Counted from the stretch's first letter, positions 38,876-47,388 are shown. The stretch is DNA of 64,000 nt from an uncultured Clostridia bacterium (GCA_947087265.1 CAMUBY010000007.1:2758-66757), one strand, 5' to 3'. Made by a program: numbers and translations. The notes: generated by a model from the letters alone, not told the origin.

Positions 38876-41197
38876 TTATATGCCTATCGACTCCCAGCGT
38901 GGTATGGTTTTATCAAGTTCCAAAATATTTAATATCTCATACGTCTTTTTGGCATATTTGTCGGCTTCGGCCCGGTTGCCGAGTTTTGCGTTTGCAGTAG
39001 AAAGCATCCTGTACGACTGCGCGGCGTCGCGCTGCGTTTCGCCCACCGAGCCCGCAAAAAGTTCAAGCGCGGAGTGTGCGTAGTTGATTGCTTCGGAATA
39101 TTTTTTCATGCGTATACAGGCAAAAGCCATTGCGTTTATGCAACATGCCTTGGCAAAAGCGAACGAGCACTTTTCGCAAAATTCTATGCTTTTATTCAAG
39201 TAATCAAAACTTTCGTCAAATCTGTCGAGATGTGCAAGGTCAAGCCCGACGTTATAATGCGCCCATGCAAGTTCGGAATAGTTGTCGGGGAAGTGATTCG
39301 TGTCGATATCGACTTTTTTCATAAAATATCCGAGTGCTTTGTCGTATTCGGCATCCATCCAATAATACCAGCCGAACAGCGGCGAAAGCCAGGACGTGCG
39401 TTCCAACCTTTCCGATTCGGTAAAACCGTCTCCGCGTAAAATCCGCTCGGCTTCCGTCATATGTTTATACAGCCCTTCCCTATCCTCTTTGCACCTGTAC
39501 GCAGTACAAATCTCGATATGCGCTCCGTAGCGCTGCTTCGGACTTATCGAACCGCTAGCAAGATACTCGCCGAACACCCCGATAACTCTGTCGTGCCGCG
39601 AAAAATGCTGAAATACTTTTGCGGTCTCGGGCAGCCATTCCGCATACAATGCGGAAGAACGCGGCATAAATTTCAGCAAGCGTTCGGTAACGTACAGCAA
39701 CCATACGTTGCGGTCAAACGTTCCGAAACGCGACGACGGAAAATACATGGCCGCAAGCGAACGAACGAAATCCCCCGATACGTCGTCCTGAAAAGGCATT
39801 TTGGTCAAACATAAGTCTTGCACGATGGGGTGCAGCGATATGTAATCGGTAGCGTTGTTATGCAAAATCCAATTTTTACTGATGAGCGAGTCTATTTCGT
39901 CGTAGCTTTTCAGTTTGCACATATCGTAAAAATCCATTGCCTCCACCCCCGAAACGGGTACGAAAGCAAGGTTGTACAAAACGCGTTTTTCTTCTTCGCT
40001 CAGTCCGGCAAGATTAAACATATCGGTGATGACGTGCTTTGCTTTTTCTTGCCCGTCGTCTATGCTGTCGAGCACTTGTACCGTGCTTAGTTTCAAATGT
40101 TCGAGCATGTCGGCGGGGCGTATGCGCTTATCTTTCATCATAGTGGAAATAAGGCGGATAGAAAGCGTATGCCCCGAAAGCAGCCTAATCATTTCCATTA
40201 CGGTTTTTTTGTTTTGCCCGTCCAATTCACGCGGATAGCCCTTTGTAAAGAGTTCAAACAGTTCGTCGTCGTTGTCGATACAGTCGATTGCGTAATTATT
40301 GACGCTCCGCGCGATTCTCGTTGTAAAAATAATACTCATCGGCAGGGCGACAATCTCTTCAAAATACGGGTCGTTTTGCACGTTGTAGTCGTCTACGATA
40401 AGCAAATCGTCCTCTACCGCATTCTCGCGCAAAAATTCGTACTTGCGCTTATAATAAACGTTAACGTCCTCGTTGACGCCCTTGGAAAACCCGCTGATTC
40501 GCACGTTTGCGTCCGACACAAGCAAATCTTTCAAATCCGAGCCGTAAGTCGCCCACGAGACCGACCTGAATTCGTTGCGGAAATTCACCGCAAATTTGCG
40601 CACCGTTTGACTTTTGCCGATACCGCCCATACCGCTTACGAATATTTTTTTGTTGGTTTTCAGAAAATCGAGCAGCTCTGCCTGCTCGCGTTTTCTGCCC
40701 ACAAAATACGAAACGGGAGTGATTGCACTCGAAACAATGCGACGTTCGGCATCACTTGCCGTAAAATTGTTTAATACAAAATTAGATTTCGCATAAATTA
40801 CGCGTTCGCACAAATCATCGATTTTCTCGCCGATAGGCGGTTCTTTGCCGTTAATGCGGTGAAAGCGCCCCAAAAAATATTGCACCGTGTCGTTTACGGG
40901 ATAGTCATCCGTCTGAAAAATAATGAGTTCCATGCTCTTTTCCCTATAACGGTTAAACGCCGCATGAATTTCGTTTTTTACGTGCTCGGACTGCATGGAC
41001 CCCTTATTGATTATCAACAAAAATATAGACGCTTTGTTTAACGCCACCATGATGGCTTCATCGAAATTTCCTTCGCAATCACGGGGCGCATACCAGCACG
41101 ACACCCCTTTGCTTTCCAACTTTGTGCCGATTTCCGCCACAATTTCTTTCGCGGTGTTGGTATGGTACGAAATAAATACGTCTCTTTTGTCGTTCAT
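38876..41197 (-). CDS. TIR - NB-ARC/STAND P-loop NTPase - TPR protein (candidate anti-phage/abortive-infection sensor)
   Basis: The N-terminal TIR has DVFISYHTNTAKE...SEHVKNEI (conserved Glu). Walker A is VSGMGGIGKSQT and Walker B is LLIVDDYN. The C-terminal ~200 aa contain TPR-like repeats (AWAHYNVGLDLAHLDRFDESFDYLNKSIEF, AAQSYRMLSTANAKLGNRAEADKYAKK). An AGGAG RBS precedes the start. Confidence 0.85.
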   Translation of the reverse strand: MNDKRDVFISYHTNTAKEIVAEIGTKLESKGVSCWYAPRDCEGNFDEAIMVALNKASIFLLIINKGSMQSEHVKNEIHAAFNRYREKSMELIIFQTDDYPVNDTVQYFLGRFHRINGKEPPIGEKIDDLCERVIYAKSNFVLNNFTASDAERRIVSSAITPVSYFVGRKREQAELLDFLKTNKKIFVSGMGGIGKSQTVRKFAVNFRNEFRSVSWATYGSDLKDLLVSDANVRISGFSKGVNEDVNVYYKRKYEFLRENAVEDDLLIVDDYNVQNDPYFEEIVALPMSIIFTTRIARSVNNYAIDCIDNDDELFELFTKGYPRELDGQNKKTVMEMIRLLSGHTLSIRLISTMMKDKRIRPADMLEHLKLSTVQVLDSIDDGQEKAKHVITDMFNLAGLSEEEKRVLYNLAFVPVSGVEAMDFYDMCKLKSYDEIDSLISKNWILHNNATDYISLHPIVQDLCLTKMPFQDDVSGDFVRSLAAMYFPSSRFGTFDRNVWLLYVTERLLKFMPRSSALYAEWLPETAKVFQHFSRHDRVIGVFGEYLASGSISPKQRYGAHIEICTAYRCKEDREGLYKHMTEAERILRGDGFTESERLERTSWLSPLFGWYYWMDAEYDKALGYFMKKVDIDTNHFPDNYSELAWAHYNVGLDLAHLDRFDESFDYLNKSIEFCEKCSFAFAKACCINAMAFACIRMKKYSEAINYAHSALELFAGSVGETQRDAAQSYRMLSTANAKLGNRAEADKYAKKTYEILNILELDKTIPRWESIGI

Positions 41198-41242
41198 CTT
41201 TTGCTCTCCTCTGTTGATAACAATGCTTTTATTTGCGTTCTT

Positions 41243-41998
41243 TTACCGTTGTGGAAAAACCTCATGCAGTTGAAATTCCAAAACTTTTTTATACGGCGAA
41301 TCCTTTTCGTTTGCAAGCCATGCAAAAGCTGACGGAACGTTCAGACAAAATCCTTTTCCGAAGTATTCATACACTGCCCGATGCGACCCGCCGAACGGAC
41401 GGGCGGTCACCTTTTTCACATTCTCCGACACGGATAAGTGATGATTGCGGGAAGAATTTCCGTTCAGAAGTGATTTGCCGTTATCGAAAATCGGAGCCGA
41501 ACGATAATTCCCTTCCCCGTCCATAATAATGCCTAAATTATGAAAGTGCCTGTCTTCGTTGAGAATGATATAATCGAGCGTAAACACCTTTTTGAAATAA
41601 TCGAACAAATCAAGCCCTGTAACTTCCTTTACAAAACGCAGAACAAACGCAACTCTGTTCTGAATATCCGAATATCCCTTGATTGCTTCATATAACGGAA
41701 CGCCGGCAACGTTTGTATATAACCGTTCCAAAGTAATAAACGACTCGTCGGCGCCTAAAAAATTCTTACTCCGACAGCCCTTTCTGCCGTTAATTTTTCC
41801 CTGCTCGTAAATAACGTACTCGTTCGGGCGCAAATCGGAAAAATTCAGCAACTGCGAAACAAGATATTCCACTTCCCCTTCGCGCTCGACGTTATCTTCC
41901 TTATACCAATAGCCCTCGTGAAAATACTTTAACTGCGTTCCGTCGCTCGTACCTTGCGTATCGACAAGAAATTCTTCCCCGATTTTGATATCAAACAT
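41243..41998 (-). CDS. HipA C-terminal-like Ser/Thr kinase domain protein (stand-alone, HipT-like)
   Basis: DYIILNEDRHFHNLGII matches the HipA catalytic N-x-D-x-H-x-x-N loop and is followed by APIFDNG. At 251 aa it lacks the HipA N-terminal domain. It overlaps the upstream HTH gene by 8 nt. Confidence 0.7.
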   Translation of the reverse strand: MFDIKIGEEFLVDTQGTSDGTQLKYFHEGYWYKEDNVEREGEVEYLVSQLLNFSDLRPNEYVIYEQGKINGRKGCRSKNFLGADESFITLERLYTNVAGVPLYEAIKGYSDIQNRVAFVLRFVKEVTGLDLFDYFKKVFTLDYIILNEDRHFHNLGIIMDGEGNYRSAPIFDNGKSLLNGNSSRNHHLSVSENVKKVTARPFGGSHRAVYEYFGKGFCLNVPSAFAWLANEKDSPYKKVLEFQLHEVFPQR

Positions 41999-42569
41999 AT
42001 CTGTTCCTCGTTGCTACGTCCGCCCAAAATAATTGTTCCCCGTCAAATTGAAACCAAAGAAAATCATTATAGGAAACCCCGTGCGTCTTTTTTACAATCG
42101 ATAACGGGTCGTAATGGGCAATTCCGAGTTTTTGCAGAATCTGTGCCAATCCGTCGCGGTTTTCTTCCCAGCACCGCCGTTTCAAAATTTCGGAAAGCGC
42201 CACAATGTCCATTTTTTCTTGATTAAAAATCTGCTTTACAGGGTGCTGAACAAACCTCTTGACGCGCACGACCGAACCGCTCACATAAAACTCGGATACA
42301 GGCTCGTCTTTCCAATAACAAATAGCGTGTAACCCGTCCCAGCGTTTCAGATAGTCGGGGCGGACGTCGCTTTCTTTGATTGCAAATTCCAAGGACAATG
42401 CCTCTGCAAGTTTTTCAAGCGTCGCCAAGTTCGGATTCACCTGTCCGCTTTCGATTCTTCCGATTGTAGATTGCGGAATACCGCAAAGCCTTCCAAGTTC
42501 GGCTTGGGACATTCTCCGCTTTTTCCGTTCCCGAATCATTTGATTTAGTAAAATGCTTTTCGTTGCCAT
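41991..42569 (-). CDS. XRE-family HTH protein with an extra ~125-aa C-terminal domain (candidate HipB/HipS-like partner)
   Basis: The HTH is MSQAELGRLCGIPQSTIGRIESGQVNPNLATLEKLAEAL. An uncharacterised C-terminal domain follows. It is translationally coupled to the kinase gene. Confidence 0.7.
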   Translation of the reverse strand: MATKSILLNQMIRERKKRRMSQAELGRLCGIPQSTIGRIESGQVNPNLATLEKLAEALSLEFAIKESDVRPDYLKRWDGLHAICYWKDEPVSEFYVSGSVVRVKRFVQHPVKQIFNQEKMDIVALSEILKRRCWEENRDGLAQILQKLGIAHYDPLSIVKKTHGVSYNDFLWFQFDGEQLFWADVATRNRYV

Positions 42570-42645
42570 ATTGCTTCACCATTATCATAATAGCACAAAT
42601 GCTATTATTTGTCAAATGGTTTGCAAAAAATAATATCTTAAAAAG

Positions 42646-44124
42646 TTAATTTTGGTTCAATACAATTTGCTCGTATTGCGTCTTATTCAGAACAACTTTC
42701 ATACGACCCGACGTAAGCACTACGCGCTCGACAAGTTCCCGAATAATATTTTGTTTTTCAACGTCCGTCATGTTCCGCCAAGTGTCGGGAAGCGTTCTGA
42801 GCATTCGTTCCTGCTCTTCGATTTTTCTCGCAATCGTCTGTTTTTCCTGTTCCTCCGCCATATCCCGCTCTATGCGTTTTCTGTCTTCGTTGAGAGTCCC
42901 CGCCTGGTCGAGCAATTTTTCATCGCCCAACTTTTTGTAAGCGTGAATTAGCCGATTGTATTCGATGTCTAATGCGTCGATTCTTTTTTGTAACCCTGCA
43001 ATAATATCTTCTCCGTTCATAACGCGGTATTTTAACTCATCGCGGTATTTCACGGCAAATTCCATAATCGTGCCGATAACCGCCTGCTCCACTTCTTCCG
43101 CATCGTAAACGATATTCGGACAATTAGAATCTTTCACCAAATAATGCTTGGTGGAGGGATACCTGGAATAACACAAAATTTTCAACGTTTGTTTCTTGCC
43201 TCTCCCCCATTTCATGTAACGCATTTTTGCGCCGCAGTTACCGCAATAAACGAGTGAGGATAAAAGATAATGCGAATCTCCGCGTTTAGCCTTTCGTTTT
43301 TGTAAAATTTCCTGTGCTTCCTTAAAAGTTTCTTCATCGATAAGCGGCGCGTGTTTGCCCTGATACTGTTCTCCGCGGAAAGTGATTTCACCGAGATACG
43401 TGCGGTTTTTTAGGATACCGAAAACAACCACGTCGCTGGAAAGCCCCAACCGTTCTGCAATTTGCCTCGGAGAATATTCGTTTGTATTATACAGTTCAAA
43501 AATCTTTCTGACTATCGGCGCTTTTTCGGCGTCGGGAATCAGATTATTTTCAGCCTTTGAATAAATATACCCGAACGGAGCAATACCTCCCCCTTTCCAA
43601 AACCCGTCTAACGCACGCTGCCTTCTGCCGAGCGTCAGTTTTGATACGATTGCGTCGTGGTCAAACTCCGCGAAAATGGACAAAATCGAAATCAAAATTC
43701 CGTAAGTTTGTTTGCTTCGGGAATCGATACTGTTCTTCAATGCCAGATACTCGCAACCCGCGCTGACGCACTTTTCTTTCAAAAAACGCAGAATCAGCAT
43801 TTGCGTTCTGCCGATACGGTCAAGGGTATAGGTAATAACCATCTTTATTTTACCCTTTTTCATGAGTTCCAACATTTTCTGATAAGCGGGTCTGTTTTCA
43901 TTCATTCCCGTATAGCCGTCGTCGATAAATACCACGGGATTACTCATTTCATAAGCCGTGCAGTATTTTTCGAGCGCAGCGTATTGAACGTCTAAACCGT
44001 AACCGTCTTTGGCTTGCGAATCCGTGGAAACTCTCAAATACAAAGCCGTAATGTTATCTAATTCATCGCCGATTTCGTCATAAATCGGATATGAAAATTT
44101 GATTTGTTTACTTGTTTCTTTCAT
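42646..44124 (-). CDS. Large serine recombinase (resolvase catalytic domain + recombinase domain + zinc ribbon + coiled coil)
   Basis: The catalytic ALYLRVSTDSQ motif is present. The recombinase domain shows GGIAPFGYIY. The zinc ribbon is CGNCGAKM...CPN. The C-terminal coiled coil includes RIDALDIEYNRLIHAYKKLGD. The architecture matches SpoIVCA/SprA/phage integrases. Confidence 0.9.
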   Translation of the reverse strand: MKETSKQIKFSYPIYDEIGDELDNITALYLRVSTDSQAKDGYGLDVQYAALEKYCTAYEMSNPVVFIDDGYTGMNENRPAYQKMLELMKKGKIKMVITYTLDRIGRTQMLILRFLKEKCVSAGCEYLALKNSIDSRSKQTYGILISILSIFAEFDHDAIVSKLTLGRRQRALDGFWKGGGIAPFGYIYSKAENNLIPDAEKAPIVRKIFELYNTNEYSPRQIAERLGLSSDVVVFGILKNRTYLGEITFRGEQYQGKHAPLIDEETFKEAQEILQKRKAKRGDSHYLLSSLVYCGNCGAKMRYMKWGRGKKQTLKILCYSRYPSTKHYLVKDSNCPNIVYDAEEVEQAVIGTIMEFAVKYRDELKYRVMNGEDIIAGLQKRIDALDIEYNRLIHAYKKLGDEKLLDQAGTLNEDRKRIERDMAEEQEKQTIARKIEEQERMLRTLPDTWRNMTDVEKQNIIRELVERVVLTSGRMKVVLNKTQYEQIVLNQN

Positions 44125-44266
44125 TTTTTCTCGGCTTCGTTTGCTTGTTTCTGTAATACACTCTGTTTACGATTTCGCTGACAAGCGGGCTCACGCAAAT
44201 ATACTTCTTCACGTCCTCCGAAGTAAGTTCTTCTTCCCCCATATATACCGTTATTTTTTCTACCAT
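44108..44266 (-). CDS. Unlisted 52-aa ORF overlapping the recombinase start (candidate accessory/directionality factor or leader)
   Basis: Read by hand: GAGGGGGGAG RBS, then ATG (44266), encoding MVEKITVYMGEEELTSEDVKKYICVSPLVSEIVNRVYYRNKQTKPRKNERNK. Its stop overlaps the recombinase ATG region by 17 nt. It is below the 60-aa ORF-track cutoff. Confidence 0.4.
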   Translation of the reverse strand: MVEKITVYMGEEELTSEDVKKYICVSPLVSEIVNRVYYRNKQTKPRKNERNK

Positions 44267-44324
44267 TTACTCCCCCCTCTTTCTTTCTTCTCTATTTTGA
44301 TTAAAAATAAACATTCGGGAAAGC

Positions 44325-44362
44325 AATAAAAAAGCGGCTACGGTGAACCGTAGCCGCTTTTG
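44325..44362 (-). terminator. Strong rho-independent terminator separating the AT-rich module from the recombinase module
   Basis: A 13-bp stem, aaagcggctacgg (44331-44343) pairing with ccgtagccgcttt (44348-44360), has loop tgaa. A T-run follows on the minus strand. Confidence 0.85.
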
Positions 44363-44381
44363 ATATTTTTTTAACCGACTT

Positions 44382-45086
44382 CTATTTGTCAAATTTTAAG
44401 ATGTCGTCCATAACATACAAAAATTTTCCGTTCCCTAATGAATACTCTTCATATCTAAAAACGAAAATATCATATTTTTCACTTTCGATTTTCGCCTGAC
44501 ACTGTATCAAGTTTATTCCGGTATCGGGGGCGAGAGCGATTTGCTGTTTATAATTAATAGAAAAATCAGGATATGTTTCCGACACAAAACTGCTGTCTGT
44601 TTCAAAATCTTTATAGTCGTATTTTTGATTAACGACTATCATTAACTCTAAACTATAATAGACTTCTATATTCGCCACGTTTACGTTTAGCGAATAATAT
44701 AAATCATCTCCGCTTACGGAATCGTAATATCTTTTAACCGTTGAAACGTTCTCTTCCGAAAGATTTAACATCAGATTTTTGAGCGCGCCCGACAATTCCG
44801 CAAAATCCGACTCGACCTGAACGAAATTGCTTTCGTCATAATAATTGTCATCCAAATTATTATTTGCAAACGGGACTAACTCAATCAGCAATACCGCAGC
44901 CACGGCGCAAGCCACCACTGCCGACGGAATCGCCCACACGAACTTGTTTCCGTTCCTCTTCGACCGGGAGCGGTTCTCTTCCTCAACAAAAAGTTCCAAA
45001 CGCTGTAAAAGTTCGTTGTCTTTGTCGGTCTGAATGGATTGTAAGTCCTTTTCTGATTCTTTTTTTAAGAATTTCTTTGTATTCAT
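44382..45086 (-). CDS. Single-pass membrane protein (possible anti-sigma/sensor partner of the ECF sigma)
   Basis: Charged N-terminal ~45 aa, one TM helix (FVWAIPSAVVACAVAAVLLIELVPF) and an extracytoplasmic C-terminal domain. It is the last gene of the XRE-sigma-peptidase string. No recognisable zinc anti-sigma motif is present. Confidence 0.55.
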   Translation of the reverse strand: MNTKKFLKKESEKDLQSIQTDKDNELLQRLELFVEEENRSRSKRNGNKFVWAIPSAVVACAVAAVLLIELVPFANNNLDDNYYDESNFVQVESDFAELSGALKNLMLNLSEENVSTVKRYYDSVSGDDLYYSLNVNVANIEVYYSLELMIVVNQKYDYKDFETDSSFVSETYPDFSINYKQQIALAPDTGINLIQCQAKIESEKYDIFVFRYEEYSLGNGKFLYVMDDILKFDK

Positions 45087-45090
45087 AATC

Positions 45091-45888
45091 CTAATAAATA
45101 TTTATTGCATATGCGTCGTCGATGTTTGTTTTGTAATCGATATCATAATATCCGTTGGATTTAAATGGATAACCCGATGCAACCGTTATGTATTGATAGA
45201 AAGCGCTTCCAGACGAACTTAATTCGTAACTGGTTTCTCTGTAACCGAACCCCACCATCACGTGATTGCCGGTAGATTCATAATAATAGATTGAATCAGT
45301 GTTTTCATCTGTATAAATATCAGCTACATTATATCCGCCGCAGAACAGAACGATAGGTTGGTTATATTCCATAAATGCTTTCGCCAAAGCATAATCGAAT
45401 TTTTTATTTTTCATAACGGAAGTAAAACTGATGCTCTTACCCATTCTGTTGCAGTAAGCAATCATTCCGTTCGTAAATTCTCTGACTGTTGTTCCGTCGT
45501 CGTCCGTCCCCATATCATTGTATAACTGCCTGACCACTTCGGTAACGGCATCGCTTGCGCTGTTATAAATAAACTGACCTTGGAACACAAATCCCGAAGT
45601 ATGGTTGGGAATTAAATTTTCATCGTATCTGTCGAAATAACCGATGATATTCGCGCCCGCCGTACAAGCGCAGTCGCCTAAGCCGACACTCTCGGTATAA
45701 TTCGGATGTTTGAGTACCATTCTGTACTCGTTTTCGTCTTTATTTTCATAATTGACCCTAACGGTTGATGCCGCATAAGGGGACATTCCGTCGTCGCTGT
45801 AAGTACTTTCTTGCACGGCAATTCCGCCCATGAAGAAATTTGCACCGCCCATAATTGCCATTAAGGCAACAGCCAAAAATTGTTTCAT
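45091..45888 (-). CDS. Secreted papain-fold cysteine peptidase-like protein
   Basis: A signal-peptide-like N-terminus (MKQFLAVALMAIMGGANFF) is present. The candidate nucleophile is in GDCACTAGANIIGYFDRY and the candidate His in TGNHVMVGFGY. The start is moved to the ATG at 45888, 6 nt after GAGGTG. Confidence 0.55.
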   Translation of the reverse strand: MKQFLAVALMAIMGGANFFMGGIAVQESTYSDDGMSPYAASTVRVNYENKDENEYRMVLKHPNYTESVGLGDCACTAGANIIGYFDRYDENLIPNHTSGFVFQGQFIYNSASDAVTEVVRQLYNDMGTDDDGTTVREFTNGMIAYCNRMGKSISFTSVMKNKKFDYALAKAFMEYNQPIVLFCGGYNVADIYTDENTDSIYYYESTGNHVMVGFGYRETSYELSSSGSAFYQYITVASGYPFKSNGYYDIDYKTNIDDAYAINIY

Positions 45889-45942
45889 ACAATTCACCTC
45901 ATTTGTTTGTTATATTTATAGACGGAAAAATGAGGCGAATTG

Positions 45943-46443
45943 TTACAAATATTTTTTCAAAGTTTTATACGCTCTGCTTACTTTTGTGCGAATGCTTATG
46001 TAACTTATGTTGAATTCGTTTGCCAATTCTTTCAGGCTGTAACCTTCCCAATAATGTAAATATAAAATCTCCTGCGTTAAGTCATCTAAATTCAATAGCG
46101 CTTTTTTCACATCGATATTTATGATTGTATTTTCTATATCGAATTTTGCAGCCACTATTTCATTCAATTCGATTTCTTCATGCTTTCCCCTCAAAATATC
46201 AATTGTATAATTATCTGCTAACTTATATAACCACGTCGTAGGATACTCAACATAATCCGGGGTTTTCATTTCTAATAATTTCAGGAATATATCATGCGCA
46301 ATATCTTCAGGATTGATTAGTTTTCCAAAACGCCTTTGAATATGTGCCTTCAATTTCAAATAGTAGTCTTCGTAAATAGATTTTACTGCATATTTGTTAT
46401 ATTTAATTTTCCCGATTAAGTAATTAAACTTTTGTGCATCCAT
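45943..46443 (-). CDS. ECF-type sigma-70 family sigma factor
   Basis: Region 2 shows PEDIAHDIFLKLLE and region 4 shows LHYWEGYSLKELANEFNISYISIRTKVSRAYKTLKK. It is 166 aa. Confidence 0.8.
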   Translation of the reverse strand: MDAQKFNYLIGKIKYNKYAVKSIYEDYYLKLKAHIQRRFGKLINPEDIAHDIFLKLLEMKTPDYVEYPTTWLYKLADNYTIDILRGKHEEIELNEIVAAKFDIENTIINIDVKKALLNLDDLTQEILYLHYWEGYSLKELANEFNISYISIRTKVSRAYKTLKKYL

Positions 46444-46459
46444 AATACTATTAAAAAAT

Positions 46460-46801
46460 TCAGGTATTTAAGTAACTATCCACATGAATCATAACTGCTT
46501 CCTTTTGTCTCTTATTCAGTATCCGAAACTTATCTAAAAGCTGTTTTGTTTCCCCTGTTAAAACAGTGACTTCTTCTTCGTTACACAACAACTCCGCAAC
46601 AGTTATATCAAATGCGTAGCATAATTTTTCAATCGCTTCAAGGCTGGGCGTGTAATTTCTCGCCGAATACCAGTTACGGATACACGCTTCGGTTAATTCC
46701 GCTTTTTGCGCCAAATCATAAATAGACATGCCTTTGGCTATCATGAGTTCTTTGATTTTTTGCTTCACTTTTATAATTAAAACACTATTATTTGTAGTCA
46801 T
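46460..46801 (-). CDS. XRE-family HTH transcriptional regulator
   Basis: The HTH is MSIYDLAQKAELTEACIRNWYSARNYTPSLEAIEKLCYAFDITVAELL. Confidence 0.8.
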   Translation of the reverse strand: MTTNNSVLIIKVKQKIKELMIAKGMSIYDLAQKAELTEACIRNWYSARNYTPSLEAIEKLCYAFDITVAELLCNEEEVTVLTGETKQLLDKFRILNKRQKEAVMIHVDSYLNT

Positions 46802-47040
46802 CGTATTTTAATTATATCGCATATATTAAGAAAAAATAAGGAGTTATCGTTTTGTATTTTAATAATTATGCCTATGATATCATATCATATTTCAAAGCTA
46901 CAATCAAGAGAAAACCAACTCGGTTATTTTAACGCGTTTATTTCCCGTATACTATCCATGAAGCAGATAAAAACAAAAAAGCCATACAACTAACGTAAGG
47001 CTTTCTTAACTTCACAACAAGTTTGATATTAAAATAACCT

Positions 47041-47208
47041 TCATAATTTATGCCCCATCCTGCCGTCGCCAACGCTACTTTCGCCTTTGCCTAAACAATT
47101 CTCTTCACTGCACCCTTCCGTGTGCGAATCACAGCCACAAGTTTCGTCGCAGTATTCATCGCAATCTTTTTCAGGCTCATTGTCGTCTGCACAGAAAATA
47201 ATATGCAT
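47041..47208 (-). CDS. Unlisted 55-aa acidic, cysteine-rich small ORF
   Basis: Read by hand: AAGGAGG RBS 7 nt before the ATG (47208), encoding MHIIFCADDNEPEKDCDEYCDETCGCDSHTEGCSEENCLGKGESSVGDGRMGHKL. It has 7 Cys and many Asp/Glu. It is below the ORF-track size cutoff. Confidence 0.45.
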   Translation of the reverse strand: MHIIFCADDNEPEKDCDEYCDETCGCDSHTEGCSEENCLGKGESSVGDGRMGHKL

Positions 47209-47388
47209 TTTAATACCTCCTTGGTTTTTTTGCTTTACAAATTAAATATTAAAAATAATCTCTTGCATATTCACTTTTTTCAGTATTAAAGACGAGACAA
47301 ACAACGAAAATGTTACAAAAAAAGCAAAATTTTTTATCGATACAAATTTTACTGCTGGAGCATCGGTTTAGCGCCGAATGCAAAATAA

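Noticed and set aside
44099-44329. A 76-aa plus-strand ORF upstream of the recombinase
   Set aside because: It is on the opposite strand to every other element gene and has no RBS. It overlaps the better-supported minus-strand 52-aa ORF and the RBS region.
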